DNA of 64,000 bases from an uncultured delta proteobacterium. Its GTDB lineage: Bacteria; Myxococcota; Myxococcia; Myxococcales; Myxococcaceae. The notes beneath the pieces were generated by a model that was given only the letters and a program-made list of their open reading frames with translations, had not been told where the DNA came from and did not search any database. Location of the stretch: assembly GCA_963731795.1 (NCBI GenBank), contig CAVSWU010000003.1:902216-966215 (forward strand), written 5' to 3'. Made by a program: the position numbers and the translations under genes. Below are positions 25,112 through 34,437 of this stretch, in pieces (the first letter of the stretch is position 1; each line of letters opens with the position of its first letter).

Positions 25112-25184
25112 GGGCCCCGTCTACTGGCACGACGGAAAGGGCGTCAACCCAAGCCCGCCGCCTGTGCCTTCCACCCGACGAGCC

Positions 25185-25412
25185 CTACCGCCGCCGGCGC
25201 CCGCCTCCACCGCCGCCAAACAGCATCAGCAGGACACCGCCAGCCACCGCCGCGCCGCCGCCCGCGAGGTACAGCGTGGTGCGCTCCGAGTAGCGCCCGG
25301 TCACCGCCTCGGTCGCCTTCTCGGCCAGAGAGTCCTTCGCCTTCAGCCCGGACCACAGCACCACCGCTCCCGCGACGGCGATCATCACTCCCAGGATCCG
25401 GACAGCGCCCAC
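25185..25412 (-). CDS. Small two-TM membrane protein (~75 aa)
   Basis: AAGGAGG RBS 4 nt before a GTG start. Hydrophobic segments ILGVMIAVAGAVVLW and GGAAVAGGVLLMLFG are present. Confidence 0.45.
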   Translation of the reverse strand: MGAVRILGVMIAVAGAVVLWSGLKAKDSLAEKATEAVTGRYSERTTLYLAGGGAAVAGGVLLMLFGGGGGGRRRR

Positions 25413-25582
25413 GTTGCCTCCTTGGCTGACCCGCAAGATACGCAGGCAGGAGCGTGCGCCACGCAGATTTTTCGCCGCCCCCCGGAGCTCCCTGCCCGAA
25501 AGGGCCATGCGCTCTTCGTGGCCTGGGCCTTGCACACCTCTCCCTCGAGCCGGGCTGAGGTCCGAAGAATCGGAGAGACACA

Positions 25583-26020
25583 ATGAAGATGGAGAGAATC
25601 AAGAAGGAGCTGCTCTCGGAGCACAACACGCTGCGCGGTCTGCTGGAGATCCTCGAGGATCTGGTGGAGAAGGTCTCCGCGGGCGATAACTCCTCTGAGC
25701 CCGCCCTCCGCGAGGCCGCTCACCAGCTCTCCAACGCGCTCCTGAGCCACATGGAGTCCGAGGAGGGGCACCTGGCGGCGCTGAGCCGGGGCGGCGGTGC
25801 CCATTGGGCCCAGCACCTGAACGAGTTCAAGCACCACCACGGCCACCAGCGCGAGCTGCTCGCCCACTTCATCGATCGCGTCGACAGCGTCCACGCCTCG
25901 CGGCGGCTGGGGGAGATCGTCCAGGCCATGAGCACGGCGGTCCTGCTCGACATGGAGCACGAGGAGCTGTCCCTCTTCGCCCCCACGTACACCGGCATCA
26001 CCACCGTGCAGGGCGCCTGA
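25583..26020 (+). CDS. Hemerythrin-like (HHE cation-binding) domain protein
   Basis: GGAGAG RBS. H/E pairs are present (LSHMESEEGH, HHHGHQRELL, DMEHEEL). Confidence 0.6.
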   Translation: MKMERIKKELLSEHNTLRGLLEILEDLVEKVSAGDNSSEPALREAAHQLSNALLSHMESEEGHLAALSRGGGAHWAQHLNEFKHHHGHQRELLAHFIDRVDSVHASRRLGEIVQAMSTAVLLDMEHEELSLFAPTYTGITTVQGA

Positions 26021-26035
26021 TATGCATCGGGGGCC

Positions 26036-26524
26036 ATGCCCTACACCCCCATCATCGGCACCCTCGGCTATGTGATGTCCCCGGACGGGGAGCGGGTGCT
26101 CCTCGTCCACCGCAACGCGCGTCCGAATGACGCGCACCTCGGCAAGTACAACGGCCTCGGCGGGAAGATGCAGCCTGACGAGGACGTCGTCTCCTGCATG
26201 CGGCGCGAGATCCGCGAGGAGGCCGGGATCGAGTGCCTGGAGCTGAAGCTGCGCGGCACGATCAGCTGGCCCGGCTTCGGCCCCCAGGGAGAGGACTGGC
26301 TCGGCTTCGTGTTCCGGATCGACCGCTTCTCGGGCACGCCCCTCGAGCGCAACCCGGAGGGCGAGCTGTCCTGGGTCCCCGTGAAGGACATCCTGTCCCT
26401 GCCCTTGTGGGAGGGGGATCGGCACTTCCTCCCCTTGGTGTTCGACGCGGATCCGCGGGCCTTCCACGGGGTCATGCCCTACGCAGGAGGTCACGCGCTG
26501 AGCTGGTCCTTCTCCCGGATCTGA
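26036..26524 (+). CDS. NUDIX hydrolase
   Basis: Nudix box GGKMQPDEDVVSCMRREIREEAGI. Confidence 0.85.
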   Translation: MPYTPIIGTLGYVMSPDGERVLLVHRNARPNDAHLGKYNGLGGKMQPDEDVVSCMRREIREEAGIECLELKLRGTISWPGFGPQGEDWLGFVFRIDRFSGTPLERNPEGELSWVPVKDILSLPLWEGDRHFLPLVFDADPRAFHGVMPYAGGHALSWSFSRI

Positions 26525-26681
26525 GGTTCTTCCTCGGGCCTGATCAGGGGGGATCCGTCCGGATCCGTCCGGATCCAGCCACTCCGGGGGTGATCCGTCC
26601 TACCTGATACGTGTCGAGACGCTGGATCAACTCCACCTGAGCTGTAGTACCTTCCCGCCGTCTTCCAGGAGGACTCGTCAG

Positions 26682-27320
26682 GTGTTCTTCCGTTCCGGGT
26701 GGTTGGAGTCGCTGTTCGATCGCTTGGGGCTCACCCAGTGGGTGGGCCCGCTGCGCGCGTTCCTGCGGCGAGCTCGGGACAACGAGCCGCTGGATGGCCA
26801 ACCAGCAGTCCGCAGTGAGTCTCCGCAGTCCCCTCCCATCGAGTCCACCATGCCCACCAAGAAGCCACGAGCCCAGAGCAAGAAGACCTCTCGTTCCCAG
26901 CCCGCCAAGGCGCAGAAGCGCGCCGCGAAGCCCGCGGCTCGCAAGGCCGCCGCCAAGCGTGGCGCCACCGCGAGCAAGCGCACCGGCGCGGCGAGGACCG
27001 CCACCGCGGAAGCCGTGAAGCAGCTGGTGGACGCGCTGCAGAGCCACCCGCAGCAGAAGGACATCGTCTCGGCCGGGCAGCAGCAGAAGGACCAGCTCCT
27101 GCGCTCGCTGATCCCGCTCTACCTGGCGCGCTCGCTGGGCGTGGAGGTGACGTCCGGAACCACCTCGCGCTTCTGGAGCAAGCTGGGCGTGTCCTACGCC
27201 GCGCCCAACGCCGCCAAGGCGCTGCGCATGCACACCGGCTACGCCTCGGACTCCAAGAAGGGCAAGGCGATCACCGCCAAGGGCGTCCGGTACGTCGAGG
27301 ACGCCATCGCCCGAGGCTGA
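26682..27320 (+). CDS. Lysine/alanine-rich histone H1-like DNA-binding protein
   Basis: GGAGG RBS before a GTG start. The middle region is KKPRAQSKKTSRSQPAKAQKRAAKPAARKAAAKRG. It lies immediately upstream of hsdM. Confidence 0.5.
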   Translation: MFFRSGWLESLFDRLGLTQWVGPLRAFLRRARDNEPLDGQPAVRSESPQSPPIESTMPTKKPRAQSKKTSRSQPAKAQKRAAKPAARKAAAKRGATASKRTGAARTATAEAVKQLVDALQSHPQQKDIVSAGQQQKDQLLRSLIPLYLARSLGVEVTSGTTSRFWSKLGVSYAAPNAAKALRMHTGYASDSKKGKAITAKGVRYVEDAIARG

Positions 27321-27339
27321 GCCCGGCGCGCGGCTCTCC

Positions 27340-27376
27340 GTTGATGCCCCGCCCCCTCTCTGAGTGAGGGCGGGGC
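27340..27376 (+). terminator. GC hairpin after the H1-like gene
   Basis: ccccgccccctctctgagtgagggcgggg has a CCCCGCCC/GGGCGGGG stem. There is no U tract. Confidence 0.3.
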
Positions 27377-27463
27377 CTCGGGTGCGGCCTGGAGGAGCCG
27401 TCCGATCGTGGCACCAGGCCGGGAAATGGACGCATTGGAGCAAGCCGGTAGCTTCTCGGGCTG

Positions 27464-29365
27464 ATGCCCAGCACCCGCCGCCTCTCTGCCCCACAGCGCC
27501 GAACCGCTCTCGAGCAGCTCGGCCGTGACCGCCTCATCACCCTCACCGACCACTTCGGCCTGGAAGTCGGCGACAAGCGCGTCGCCGAAAACCACGTGAG
27601 CGCCTTGCTCCGGGCCCGGAGCGTGGACTTCTCCGAGCTGCTGGGGCTCCTGACGCGCCAGGAGCTTCAGTCCATCTGCGACGCCCTGGGCCTGGACCGG
27701 GGTGGCCGCGAGAAGGAAGTCCTCGCGCAGAGGATTCTCGACCTTGGGGAGGAGAGCCAGGGGGAGCTGCCCCTGACCGAGGCTGCTCCAGAGGAGGCTC
27801 CTGCGGAGAAGCCCAAGGCAAGCCGCGCCAAGGCTCAGAAGAACGGTGGCGATCTCGGGTTCGAGGCCACGCTCTGGCAGGCGGCGGACAAGCTCCGGAA
27901 CAACATGGACGCGGCCGAGTACAAGCACGTCGTCCTCGGGCTCATCTTCCTGAAGTACATCAGCGATGCCTTCGAGGAGCGCCGCGCCCAGCTCCTGGCC
28001 GAGGTGGACCAGGGGGCGGACCCGGAGCACCCCGACGAGTACCGGGCCGAGAACATCTTCTGGGTCCCCAAGGAGGCCCGCTGGGAGCGGCTCCAGGCCC
28101 AGGCCAAACAGCCGAGCATCGGCAAGCTCATTGACGACGCCATGGTCGCCATCGAGCGGGACAACCCCAGCCTCAAGGGAGTGCTGCCCAAGGAGTACGC
28201 CCGGCCCGGCCTGGACAAGCAGCGCCTGGGGGAGCTGATCGATCTGATCGGCACCATCGGCCTGGGAGATAGGGAGAACCGCAGCAAGGACATCCTCGGG
28301 CGCGTCTACGAGTACTTCCTCTCGGAGTTCGCCAGCGCCGAGGGCAAGAAGGGCGGCCAGTTCTACACGCCCCGCTCGGTGGTGAAGCTCCTGGTGGAGA
28401 TGCTCGCCCCGTACCGGGGCCGGGTCTACGATCCCTGCTGCGGCTCCGGGGGCATGTTCATCCAGAGCGAGAAGTTCGTGGAGGCCCACGGCGGCAAGCT
28501 CGGAGACATCTCCGTGTTCGGGCAGGAGTCCAACCCGACGACGTGGAAGCTGGCGAAGATGAACCTCGCCATCCGGGGCATCGACGCGAACCTCGGGCCC
28601 GAGAACGCGGACAGCTTCCACCGGGATCTGCACAAGGATCTGAAGGCCGACTACATCCTCGCCAACCCGCCGTTTAACGACAGCGATTGGGGTGGAGATC
28701 GGCTCCGCGAGGATGTCCGGTGGAAGTTCGGCGCACCTCCGGTCGGGAACGCGAACTTCGCGTGGGTGCAGAACTTCATCCACCATCTGGCACCGACGGG
28801 GACAGCGGGCTTCGTGCTGGCCAACGGCAGCATGTCCTCAAACCAGAGCGGCGAAGGTGAGATCCGCCGGGCCATTATTGAGGCAGATCTCGTGGATTGC
28901 ATGGTGGCACTCCCTGGGCAACTCTTCTATTCGACGCAGATTCCCGTGTGCTTGTGGTTCCTGGCGCGCGACAAGAAGAACAATCGACACAGGGACCGAC
29001 GGGGCGAAACCCTGTTTATTGACGCGCGAAAACTGGGAAGGATGATCGACCGAACCCACAGGGACCTGATCGACGAAGATATCCAACGGGTCGCTGACAC
29101 TTATCACTCCTGGCGCGGGGACCGCGATGCGGGCAAGTACGAGGACATAACTGGCTTCTGCAAGGCGACTCGGCTCAGCGACATCGCCGTCCACGGTTTC
29201 GTACTGACGCCAGGGCGGTACGTAGGCACGCCTGAAGCTGATGACGAGAAGCCATTCGCGGCGCACTTCTTGAGCCTGCGTGCCACTCTTGAAGAGCAGT
29301 TCGCCGAGTCTGACCGGTTGCAGGCTCGGATTCGCAACTCGCTCGCTCGTGTGAGGGGCGAGTAA
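27464..29365 (+). CDS. hsdM: Type I restriction-modification system methyltransferase subunit
   Basis: It has the N6-adenine methyltransferase motifs [10 protein letters not shown] (motif I) and NPPFN (motif IV), plus an N-terminal HsdM-N-like region. Confidence 0.9.
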   Translation: MPSTRRLSAPQRRTALEQLGRDRLITLTDHFGLEVGDKRVAENHVSALLRARSVDFSELLGLLTRQELQSICDALGLDRGGREKEVLAQRILDLGEESQGELPLTEAAPEEAPAEKPKASRAKAQKNGGDLGFEATLWQAADKLRNNMDAAEYKHVVLGLIFLKYISDAFEERRAQLLAEVDQGADPEHPDEYRAENIFWVPKEARWERLQAQAKQPSIGKLIDDAMVAIERDNPSLKGVLPKEYARPGLDKQRLGELIDLIGTIGLGDRENRSKDILGRVYEYFLSEFASAEGKKGGQFYTPRSVVKLLVEMLAPYRGRVYDPCCGSGGMFIQSEKFVEAHGGKLGDISVFGQESNPTTWKLAKMNLAIRGIDANLGPENADSFHRDLHKDLKADYILANPPFNDSDWGGDRLREDVRWKFGAPPVGNANFAWVQNFIHHLAPTGTAGFVLANGSMSSNQSGEGEIRRAIIEADLVDCMVALPGQLFYSTQIPVCLWFLARDKKNNRHRDRRGETLFIDARKLGRMIDRTHRDLIDEDIQRVADTYHSWRGDRDAGKYEDITGFCKATRLSDIAVHGFVLTPGRYVGTPEADDEKPFAAHFLSLRATLEEQFAESDRLQARIRNSLARVRGE

Positions 29366-30651
29366 TGAAGATCGAATGGCCCATCCTATCGCTAGCTGAG
29401 GCGGGGGTGACATTGCTGGATTGTGACCACCGCACTCCGCCTGCTGCCCCTGAGGGATACCCCTACGTCACAATCCCACAGATCAAGGACGGTCGTCTCG
29501 ACCTGTCTGACGTTCGGCGAATTGCTGAAGAGCATTTCCTCGATTGGACAAAGAAAACGCGCCCCATGGCAAACGATGTGGTCGTGGTGCGCCGGTGTAG
29601 CCCTGGGGATAGTGCTCATGTTCCGCCAGGGCTTGAGTTTGCTCTCGGTCAGAATCTTGTGCTTCTGCGCGCAGATGGGACCAGGGTTGCACCTGTATTC
29701 CTGCGATGGTTGGTGAGAAGTCCCTCTTGGTGGGAACAAGTCCAACGCTTCCTGAACGTCGGCGCAGTCTTTGACAGTCTGAAGTGTCGCGAGATTCCCA
29801 ACTTTCGATTGCCGGTCCCTCCCATCGACCAGCAACTTCTTATTGCAGAGGTGCTTGGAAGCCTAGATGAAAAAATCGCTTTGACGCGTCGCATGAACCA
29901 GACACTAGAAGATATGGCCCAGACATTGTTCCGGTCCTGGTTCGTGAACTTCGACCCAGTCCGGGCCAAGGCCAAGGGGCGGCGGCCTGAAGGTATGGAT
30001 GGGGCGATGGCGGCGCTTTTTCCTAACAGGCTCGTCGAATCAGAACTGGGTAACATTCCGGAGGGTTGGGCCAACTCCAGCATCTACGATGTAGCAAGCG
30101 CTGCATATGGAACCCCGTTCGCGTCGAGGCTCTTCAATTCGCAAGGAGATGGACTGCCGCTCATCCGCATCCGCGATCTCTCGACGCATGCTCCAACGAC
30201 CTTCACGCGCGAAGTGCTGGATCGTCAAATTGTCGTTGACCCAGGCGACATCGTGGTGGGCATGGACGGCGAGTTTCGTGTTCATCACTGGCGAGGTCCT
30301 CGCTCGCTAATGAACCAGCGCGTGTGCAAGTTCGTCCCCGCTCCGGGCGTGTCCAGAGTCTTCGTGGCCCAGTCCCTTATCGGGCCAATGCGGTTCTTCG
30401 AGAATACAAAAGCAGGAACGACAGTCATCCACCTCGGGAAGGCAGACATTGACACCATCAAGATCGTGAAGCCGCCCATGAGCATCCAGCAGGTGTTCGG
30501 CAATCTCGCGGAGCCTTTGCTTGAGAGAGTTCTCCTGAACGAGGCGGAAGCGCGGACATTGGCCGACCTACGTGACACTCTCCTCCCGAGGCTGTTATCC
30601 GGGGACATCCGCGTCGGTGAGGCTGAGGCCAAACTGGCGGCGAGCGTCTGA
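29365..30651 (+). CDS. hsdS: Type I restriction-modification specificity subunit
   Basis: Two target-recognition-domain halves with conserved spacer helices. A TAATG overlap joins it to hsdM. GC is ~50-55%. Confidence 0.85.
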   Translation: MKIEWPILSLAEAGVTLLDCDHRTPPAAPEGYPYVTIPQIKDGRLDLSDVRRIAEEHFLDWTKKTRPMANDVVVVRRCSPGDSAHVPPGLEFALGQNLVLLRADGTRVAPVFLRWLVRSPSWWEQVQRFLNVGAVFDSLKCREIPNFRLPVPPIDQQLLIAEVLGSLDEKIALTRRMNQTLEDMAQTLFRSWFVNFDPVRAKAKGRRPEGMDGAMAALFPNRLVESELGNIPEGWANSSIYDVASAAYGTPFASRLFNSQGDGLPLIRIRDLSTHAPTTFTREVLDRQIVVDPGDIVVGMDGEFRVHHWRGPRSLMNQRVCKFVPAPGVSRVFVAQSLIGPMRFFENTKAGTTVIHLGKADIDTIKIVKPPMSIQQVFGNLAEPLLERVLLNEAEARTLADLRDTLLPRLLSGDIRVGEAEAKLAASV

Positions 30652-30729
30652 TCGAGAGCCCGAACCTCACCGAGCCCTTTGACGCGGATGCGGGCGGGCC
30701 ACGATCAGCGCCGCTGATTCGGTGGACGA

Positions 30730-30790
30730 TGGGCGAGACGGACAGCAGCGGCTGCACTTCATGTCTGGACGTCCAGACATGAGAGTGGGA
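30730..30790. repeat. Palindromic repeat element, copy 1
   Basis: GGCTGCACTTCATGTCTGGACGTCCAGACATGAGA; the perfect 22-bp palindrome CATGTCTGGACGTCCAGACATG lies at 30760-30781. Confidence 0.85.
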
Positions 30791-31041
30791 GCGCCCCCCC
30801 CGGCAGCTCCTCCTCTCCCTCTCCTTCGAACGATCTGTAGAGGTGCGGCGCGAATCCCCAGGGGTCCGCTGCGACCGCCTTTGGCAAGCCGCACCCAGCA
30901 CGTTGGGCAAACAGAGAGAGCGCGGTGGGAGGCGAGAGGCCCACGCGGCATCACCCGGCAGGGCGTGGTGTTCCCTCCAGCAGCGGGTTCTACTGCTGCC
31001 TGACTCCGCTCCTGTCCGGGTAAGCGGAGGGGGGAGGACAC

Positions 31042-32661
31042 ATGCGTGCGGACCGCTTCCACCTGCTCCACTGCCGCAGCGCTCGGCATTGGGTTGTGCT
31101 CGTGCTCTGGGGATTGCTGGCAGGCTGCGCCAGCGGCAGAGCGGGGCCTCCCCTGGGCGGGGTGAGGGACTTCGAGGCGCTGCGCTACCGGCCTGCCACC
31201 CCGGAGCCCATGCCTGACACGGCGGCGGCGCGCAAGAGGGCGCAGTCGCAGCCCCAACCAGCCCTCGCGGGCAGTGGTAGCCCTGCGGGGATGGTGGCGC
31301 GCTCGGTGCTGGGCGGTGTCCAGCAACTGGACACCTTCGAGCAGGTACTGGTGCTGGCCGGGCTGGACAACCCCGAGGCACTCCCCTCGCCCGAGGCGCC
31401 CCTCCCCCCCGAGGACGCGGCGGCGCTGTATGACGAGCTGCTGGACAAGCCCGTCCCCCTGGCCCGCTTCGGTCCTCGGCTGGTGGCCACCTACCTGTTG
31501 CGCGAAGCCATGGAGGGGGATGAGGAGCTGCCCCGGGCGGTTCTGCTCCAGCGCGTGCAGCGCTTCAAGGGGCTGGCGGTGCTGCGGCCCGACGGCTACC
31601 TGGCGTGGGCGCTCACCGGACAGACGCAGCAGCACGTGGCCGAGGTGGAGTGGAAGGACGGCGCCTTCCGGGCTCATGACTTCGAGGTGGGGCACTTCTA
31701 CTCGGGCCGCAACGCCATGGCCTTCTTCGCGGTGGATGAGCAACTGCGGGACAGGAAAGAGTCCGGCGTGCTGGCCGAGGTGTACGACGACGCGGATGTC
31801 ATCAGCCGCGTGCTGGACGGAGCCGAGGCTTCCTACGTCGAGTTGGCCCTCTCCATCGGCAAGCTGGTGAGCCACCCCCTCCAGAGCGCCGAGGACTTGA
31901 AGCACCTGCCCTCCGCCCTGGCCGCCCTCATTGAGAGCTCGCCCGAGTACCTGGAGCGCTTCCGGCTGATGACGCGCGGAGAGCAGATCCGTGCGCTGTC
32001 GAAGCTGGGCACCACGCTGCTGTCCACCTACGGAGCGGCGGGGGGCACCACGCGCACGGTGGCGGCGGTGGGCAGTGGGATGGAGTCCGTCTCCGTGCCC
32101 GCGCTGACGCTCACGGCGGAGGGGGCGCTGGTGGTGGAGCGAGTCATGGTGCCCGCAGGGCGCGTGGTGACGGCGCTCAGCGGCGGGCCTGGAGCGGCCA
32201 TCATCCTTCAGCGCGCTGGCGACGCGGCCAGCGGAGGACAGCCCACTGCTCCGGAGGGCCCCGGCGAGTGGGGCCCGGCCAACGAGTCCATGAGCAAGCG
32301 CTCGGCGCGCTACCAGGAGCAGATCACCGGCCACTCCGCCAGCGAGGCGTACTGGGTGGGCGGCAAGGACTTGAAGAGCGGCGGCGTGAAACTCGACGGC
32401 TTCAAGGACGGAACGCTGCTGGATGCCAAGGGCCCCGGCTACGCCAACAAGTTCAACGACAACCTCACGCCCAAGAAGTGGTTCGCGCCCTCGGGAGCCA
32501 AGCAGCTCATCAAGCAGGCCCAACGCCAGCTCAATGTGGCCAAGGGCGTTCCCATCCGCTGGCATGTGGCGGAGAAGAAGGCCGCGGACGCCATCCGGAA
32601 GCTCTTGGAGGATGCGCCGATCACGGGGATTGAAGTGGTCTACACTCCCGCGTTGCAATAA
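31042..32661 (+). CDS. Lipoprotein polymorphic toxin candidate with a C-terminal PD-(D/E)xK restriction-endonuclease-fold domain (Tox-REase-like)
   Basis: GGAGG RBS. Signal with LLAGC lipobox. The leader contains DFEALRYRPATPEPMP. The C-terminal ~130 aa reads GHSASEAYWVGGKDLKSGGVKLDGFKDGTLLDAKG...IRWHVAEKK, with a D...D-x-K motif. Two paralogous immunity-like genes follow. Confidence 0.7.
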   Translation: MRADRFHLLHCRSARHWVVLVLWGLLAGCASGRAGPPLGGVRDFEALRYRPATPEPMPDTAAARKRAQSQPQPALAGSGSPAGMVARSVLGGVQQLDTFEQVLVLAGLDNPEALPSPEAPLPPEDAAALYDELLDKPVPLARFGPRLVATYLLREAMEGDEELPRAVLLQRVQRFKGLAVLRPDGYLAWALTGQTQQHVAEVEWKDGAFRAHDFEVGHFYSGRNAMAFFAVDEQLRDRKESGVLAEVYDDADVISRVLDGAEASYVELALSIGKLVSHPLQSAEDLKHLPSALAALIESSPEYLERFRLMTRGEQIRALSKLGTTLLSTYGAAGGTTRTVAAVGSGMESVSVPALTLTAEGALVVERVMVPAGRVVTALSGGPGAAIILQRAGDAASGGQPTAPEGPGEWGPANESMSKRSARYQEQITGHSASEAYWVGGKDLKSGGVKLDGFKDGTLLDAKGPGYANKFNDNLTPKKWFAPSGAKQLIKQAQRQLNVAKGVPIRWHVAEKKAADAIRKLLEDAPITGIEVVYTPALQ

Positions 32662-32671
32662 GACAGGCCTT

Positions 32672-33403
32672 GTGAGCGAGACGTACTACATCGGTGGTTA
32701 CTGGGGCGCGCGGAGGGAGGATGCCGAGTCGTGCGCTCGGCGCATCGCCGCGTTGGTGCAGGCGCTGGCGCCTGTCGATCCGCTCTTTGTCAGCTGGTTC
32801 AAGACCGCGAAGTCCCTCAAGGAATCCCTCAAGCGTCCGCTGGAGTTCGAACTCGCCAGCCTCTCCAAGTACGTCCAGCGCAACATCATGCGTGACGACA
32901 GGCGCAAACCCATGGAAGACCTGGGCTTTACCGTCTGGTTGTGGAACGGGGACCGGGGGGGCAACGACGCCTGGTTGCAGATGAGCTGTGGCGTAGCTTC
33001 AGAGCGAGTGAGCAACAGCTGTGTTCTCAGAGCGCCCTTCGAGGGGCCTGGAGCGGAGCGGGTCCTGACCACCGCTTTCCAGGTTCAAGCGCTGCGGGCC
33101 ATCGTCACTGCTTGGGATCCGGACTGGGGAGTAGGCATGTCGCGTGATCATCGAGACATCATCGGTCCCAGGTGCCCACACGTGCTGGTAGGCTGGGTGA
33201 CATACCTCTCGCGCCGCTTGGGCCGTGTACCCCCGCTGCCCGCGCCCGTGCGCATTGAGCCCTTGGAGGACAAAGGCACGCTCGTCATCCTCACCCCCGA
33301 GCGCTTCACCGCCTCCAACCCCGAGCACGTCGCCCTGGCCGAGCGCGTCCGCGAGCTGCTCGACCGCGCCGGGCTGCTCGGCAAGCCGCGTCCTGAGAAG
33401 TAG
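32672..33403 (+). CDS. Immunity-like protein 1 (a paralog of the 33575 gene)
   Basis: GTG start 10 nt after the toxin stop. (M)SETYYIGGYWGAR...WDPDWGVGMSR. It is ~80% identical to the next ORF. Confidence 0.65.
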   Translation: MSETYYIGGYWGARREDAESCARRIAALVQALAPVDPLFVSWFKTAKSLKESLKRPLEFELASLSKYVQRNIMRDDRRKPMEDLGFTVWLWNGDRGGNDAWLQMSCGVASERVSNSCVLRAPFEGPGAERVLTTAFQVQALRAIVTAWDPDWGVGMSRDHRDIIGPRCPHVLVGWVTYLSRRLGRVPPLPAPVRIEPLEDKGTLVILTPERFTASNPEHVALAERVRELLDRAGLLGKPRPEK

Positions 33404-33424
33404 GTTCAGGGCCTGCAATGGACG

Positions 33425-33486
33425 GTGGCAGAGACAGGCAGCGACGGCTGCACTTCATGTCTGGACGTCCAGACATGAGAGTTGGA
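33425..33486. repeat. Palindromic repeat element, copy 2
   Basis: The same element as copy 1; the 22-bp palindrome lies at 33456-33477. Confidence 0.85.
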
Positions 33487-33574
33487 GCGTGCTATCTGGC
33501 AGTTCCTCCCCTCCCAGGTAGCAGCGCGTTATCCTCGCTCCTCGGCACGCCCGCGCTGCAATGAGACAGGCCCC

Positions 33575-34306
33575 ATGATCGAGACGTACTACACGGGTGT
33601 TTACTGGGGCGCGCGGAAAGAGGACGCTGAAGCCTGCGCGCGTCGCATCGCGGCCCTGGTCCAGTTGCTTCAGCCAGTGGATCCGCTCTTCGCCAGTTGG
33701 TTCAAGGGCTCGAAGTCTCTCAAACAGTCCCTCCAACGCCCGCTGGAACTCGAACTCTCCAGTCTCCAAAAGTACATCCAGCGCAACCTCATGCGTGACG
33801 ACAGGCGCCAGCCCATGGAGGATCTGGGCTTCAGTGTTGGTCTGTGGAATGGGCATCAGGGGGGTAACCACGCTTTTCTGAGCATTGGCTGCGGGGGATA
33901 TTGGGATCAGCTGAGCAATAGCTGTGTTCTGGATGCTCCGGATGAGGGGCCTGGTTCAGAGCGCGTCCTGACAACGGACTTCCAAGTTCAGGCGCTGCGG
34001 GCACTCGCCACCGCGTGGGACCCAGATTGGGGAGTGGGCATGTCACGTGCTCATCGGGACATCATTAAGGAGAAGTGCCCACACGTGCTGGTGGGCTGGG
34101 TGACGTACCTCTCGCGCCGCTTGGGCCGTGTACCCCCACTTCCTGCGCCCGTGCGCATCGAGCCCGTGGAGGACAAAGGCGCGCTCATCATCCTCACCCC
34201 CGAGCGCTTCACCGCCGCCAACCCCGAGCACGTCGCCCTGGCCGAGCGCGTCCGCGAGCTGCTCGACCGCGCCGGGCTGCTCGGCAAGCCGCGTCCTGCA
34301 CAGTAG
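33575..34306 (+). CDS. Immunity-like protein 2 (a paralog of the 32672 gene)
   Basis: MIETYYTGVYWGAR... The C-terminal ~100 aa are nearly identical to immunity 1. It is preceded by a copy of the toxin's last ~15 nt (cccgcgctgcaatgagacaggcc). Confidence 0.65.
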   Translation: MIETYYTGVYWGARKEDAEACARRIAALVQLLQPVDPLFASWFKGSKSLKQSLQRPLELELSSLQKYIQRNLMRDDRRQPMEDLGFSVGLWNGHQGGNHAFLSIGCGGYWDQLSNSCVLDAPDEGPGSERVLTTDFQVQALRALATAWDPDWGVGMSRAHRDIIKEKCPHVLVGWVTYLSRRLGRVPPLPAPVRIEPVEDKGALIILTPERFTAANPEHVALAERVRELLDRAGLLGKPRPAQ

Positions 34307-34324
34307 GTTCAGCGCCTGCGGTGG

Positions 34325-34390
34325 GCGGCGGGAGAGCCAGGCCGCGGCGGCTGCACTTCATGTCTGGACGTCCAGACATGAGAATCAGAG
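34325..34390. repeat. Palindromic repeat element, copy 3
   Basis: The same element; the 22-bp palindrome lies at 34359-34380. Confidence 0.85.
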
Positions 34391-34437
34391 CACGCCACCT
34401 CAGCCTCCCGCCGCCCCTTCTCGTGAGCCGCGCCTGC

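Noticed and set aside
27340-27376. GC hairpins as intrinsic terminators (also at 18395 and 21680)
   Set aside because: They are retained only as low-confidence features. They lack U-tracts, so they may be simple structured RNA or DNA elements rather than terminators.
30667-32658. 663-aa minus ORF spanning the toxin gene
   Set aside because: It is antisense to a gene with clear signal peptide, lipobox and nuclease motifs, and shows typical GC-frame noise.
33482-33574. Upstream extension (MERAIWQF...) of immunity-like gene 2
   Set aside because: The paralog alignment with gene 1 starts at MIETYY/SETYY. The extension is a copied toxin 3' stub and is not expected to be translated.
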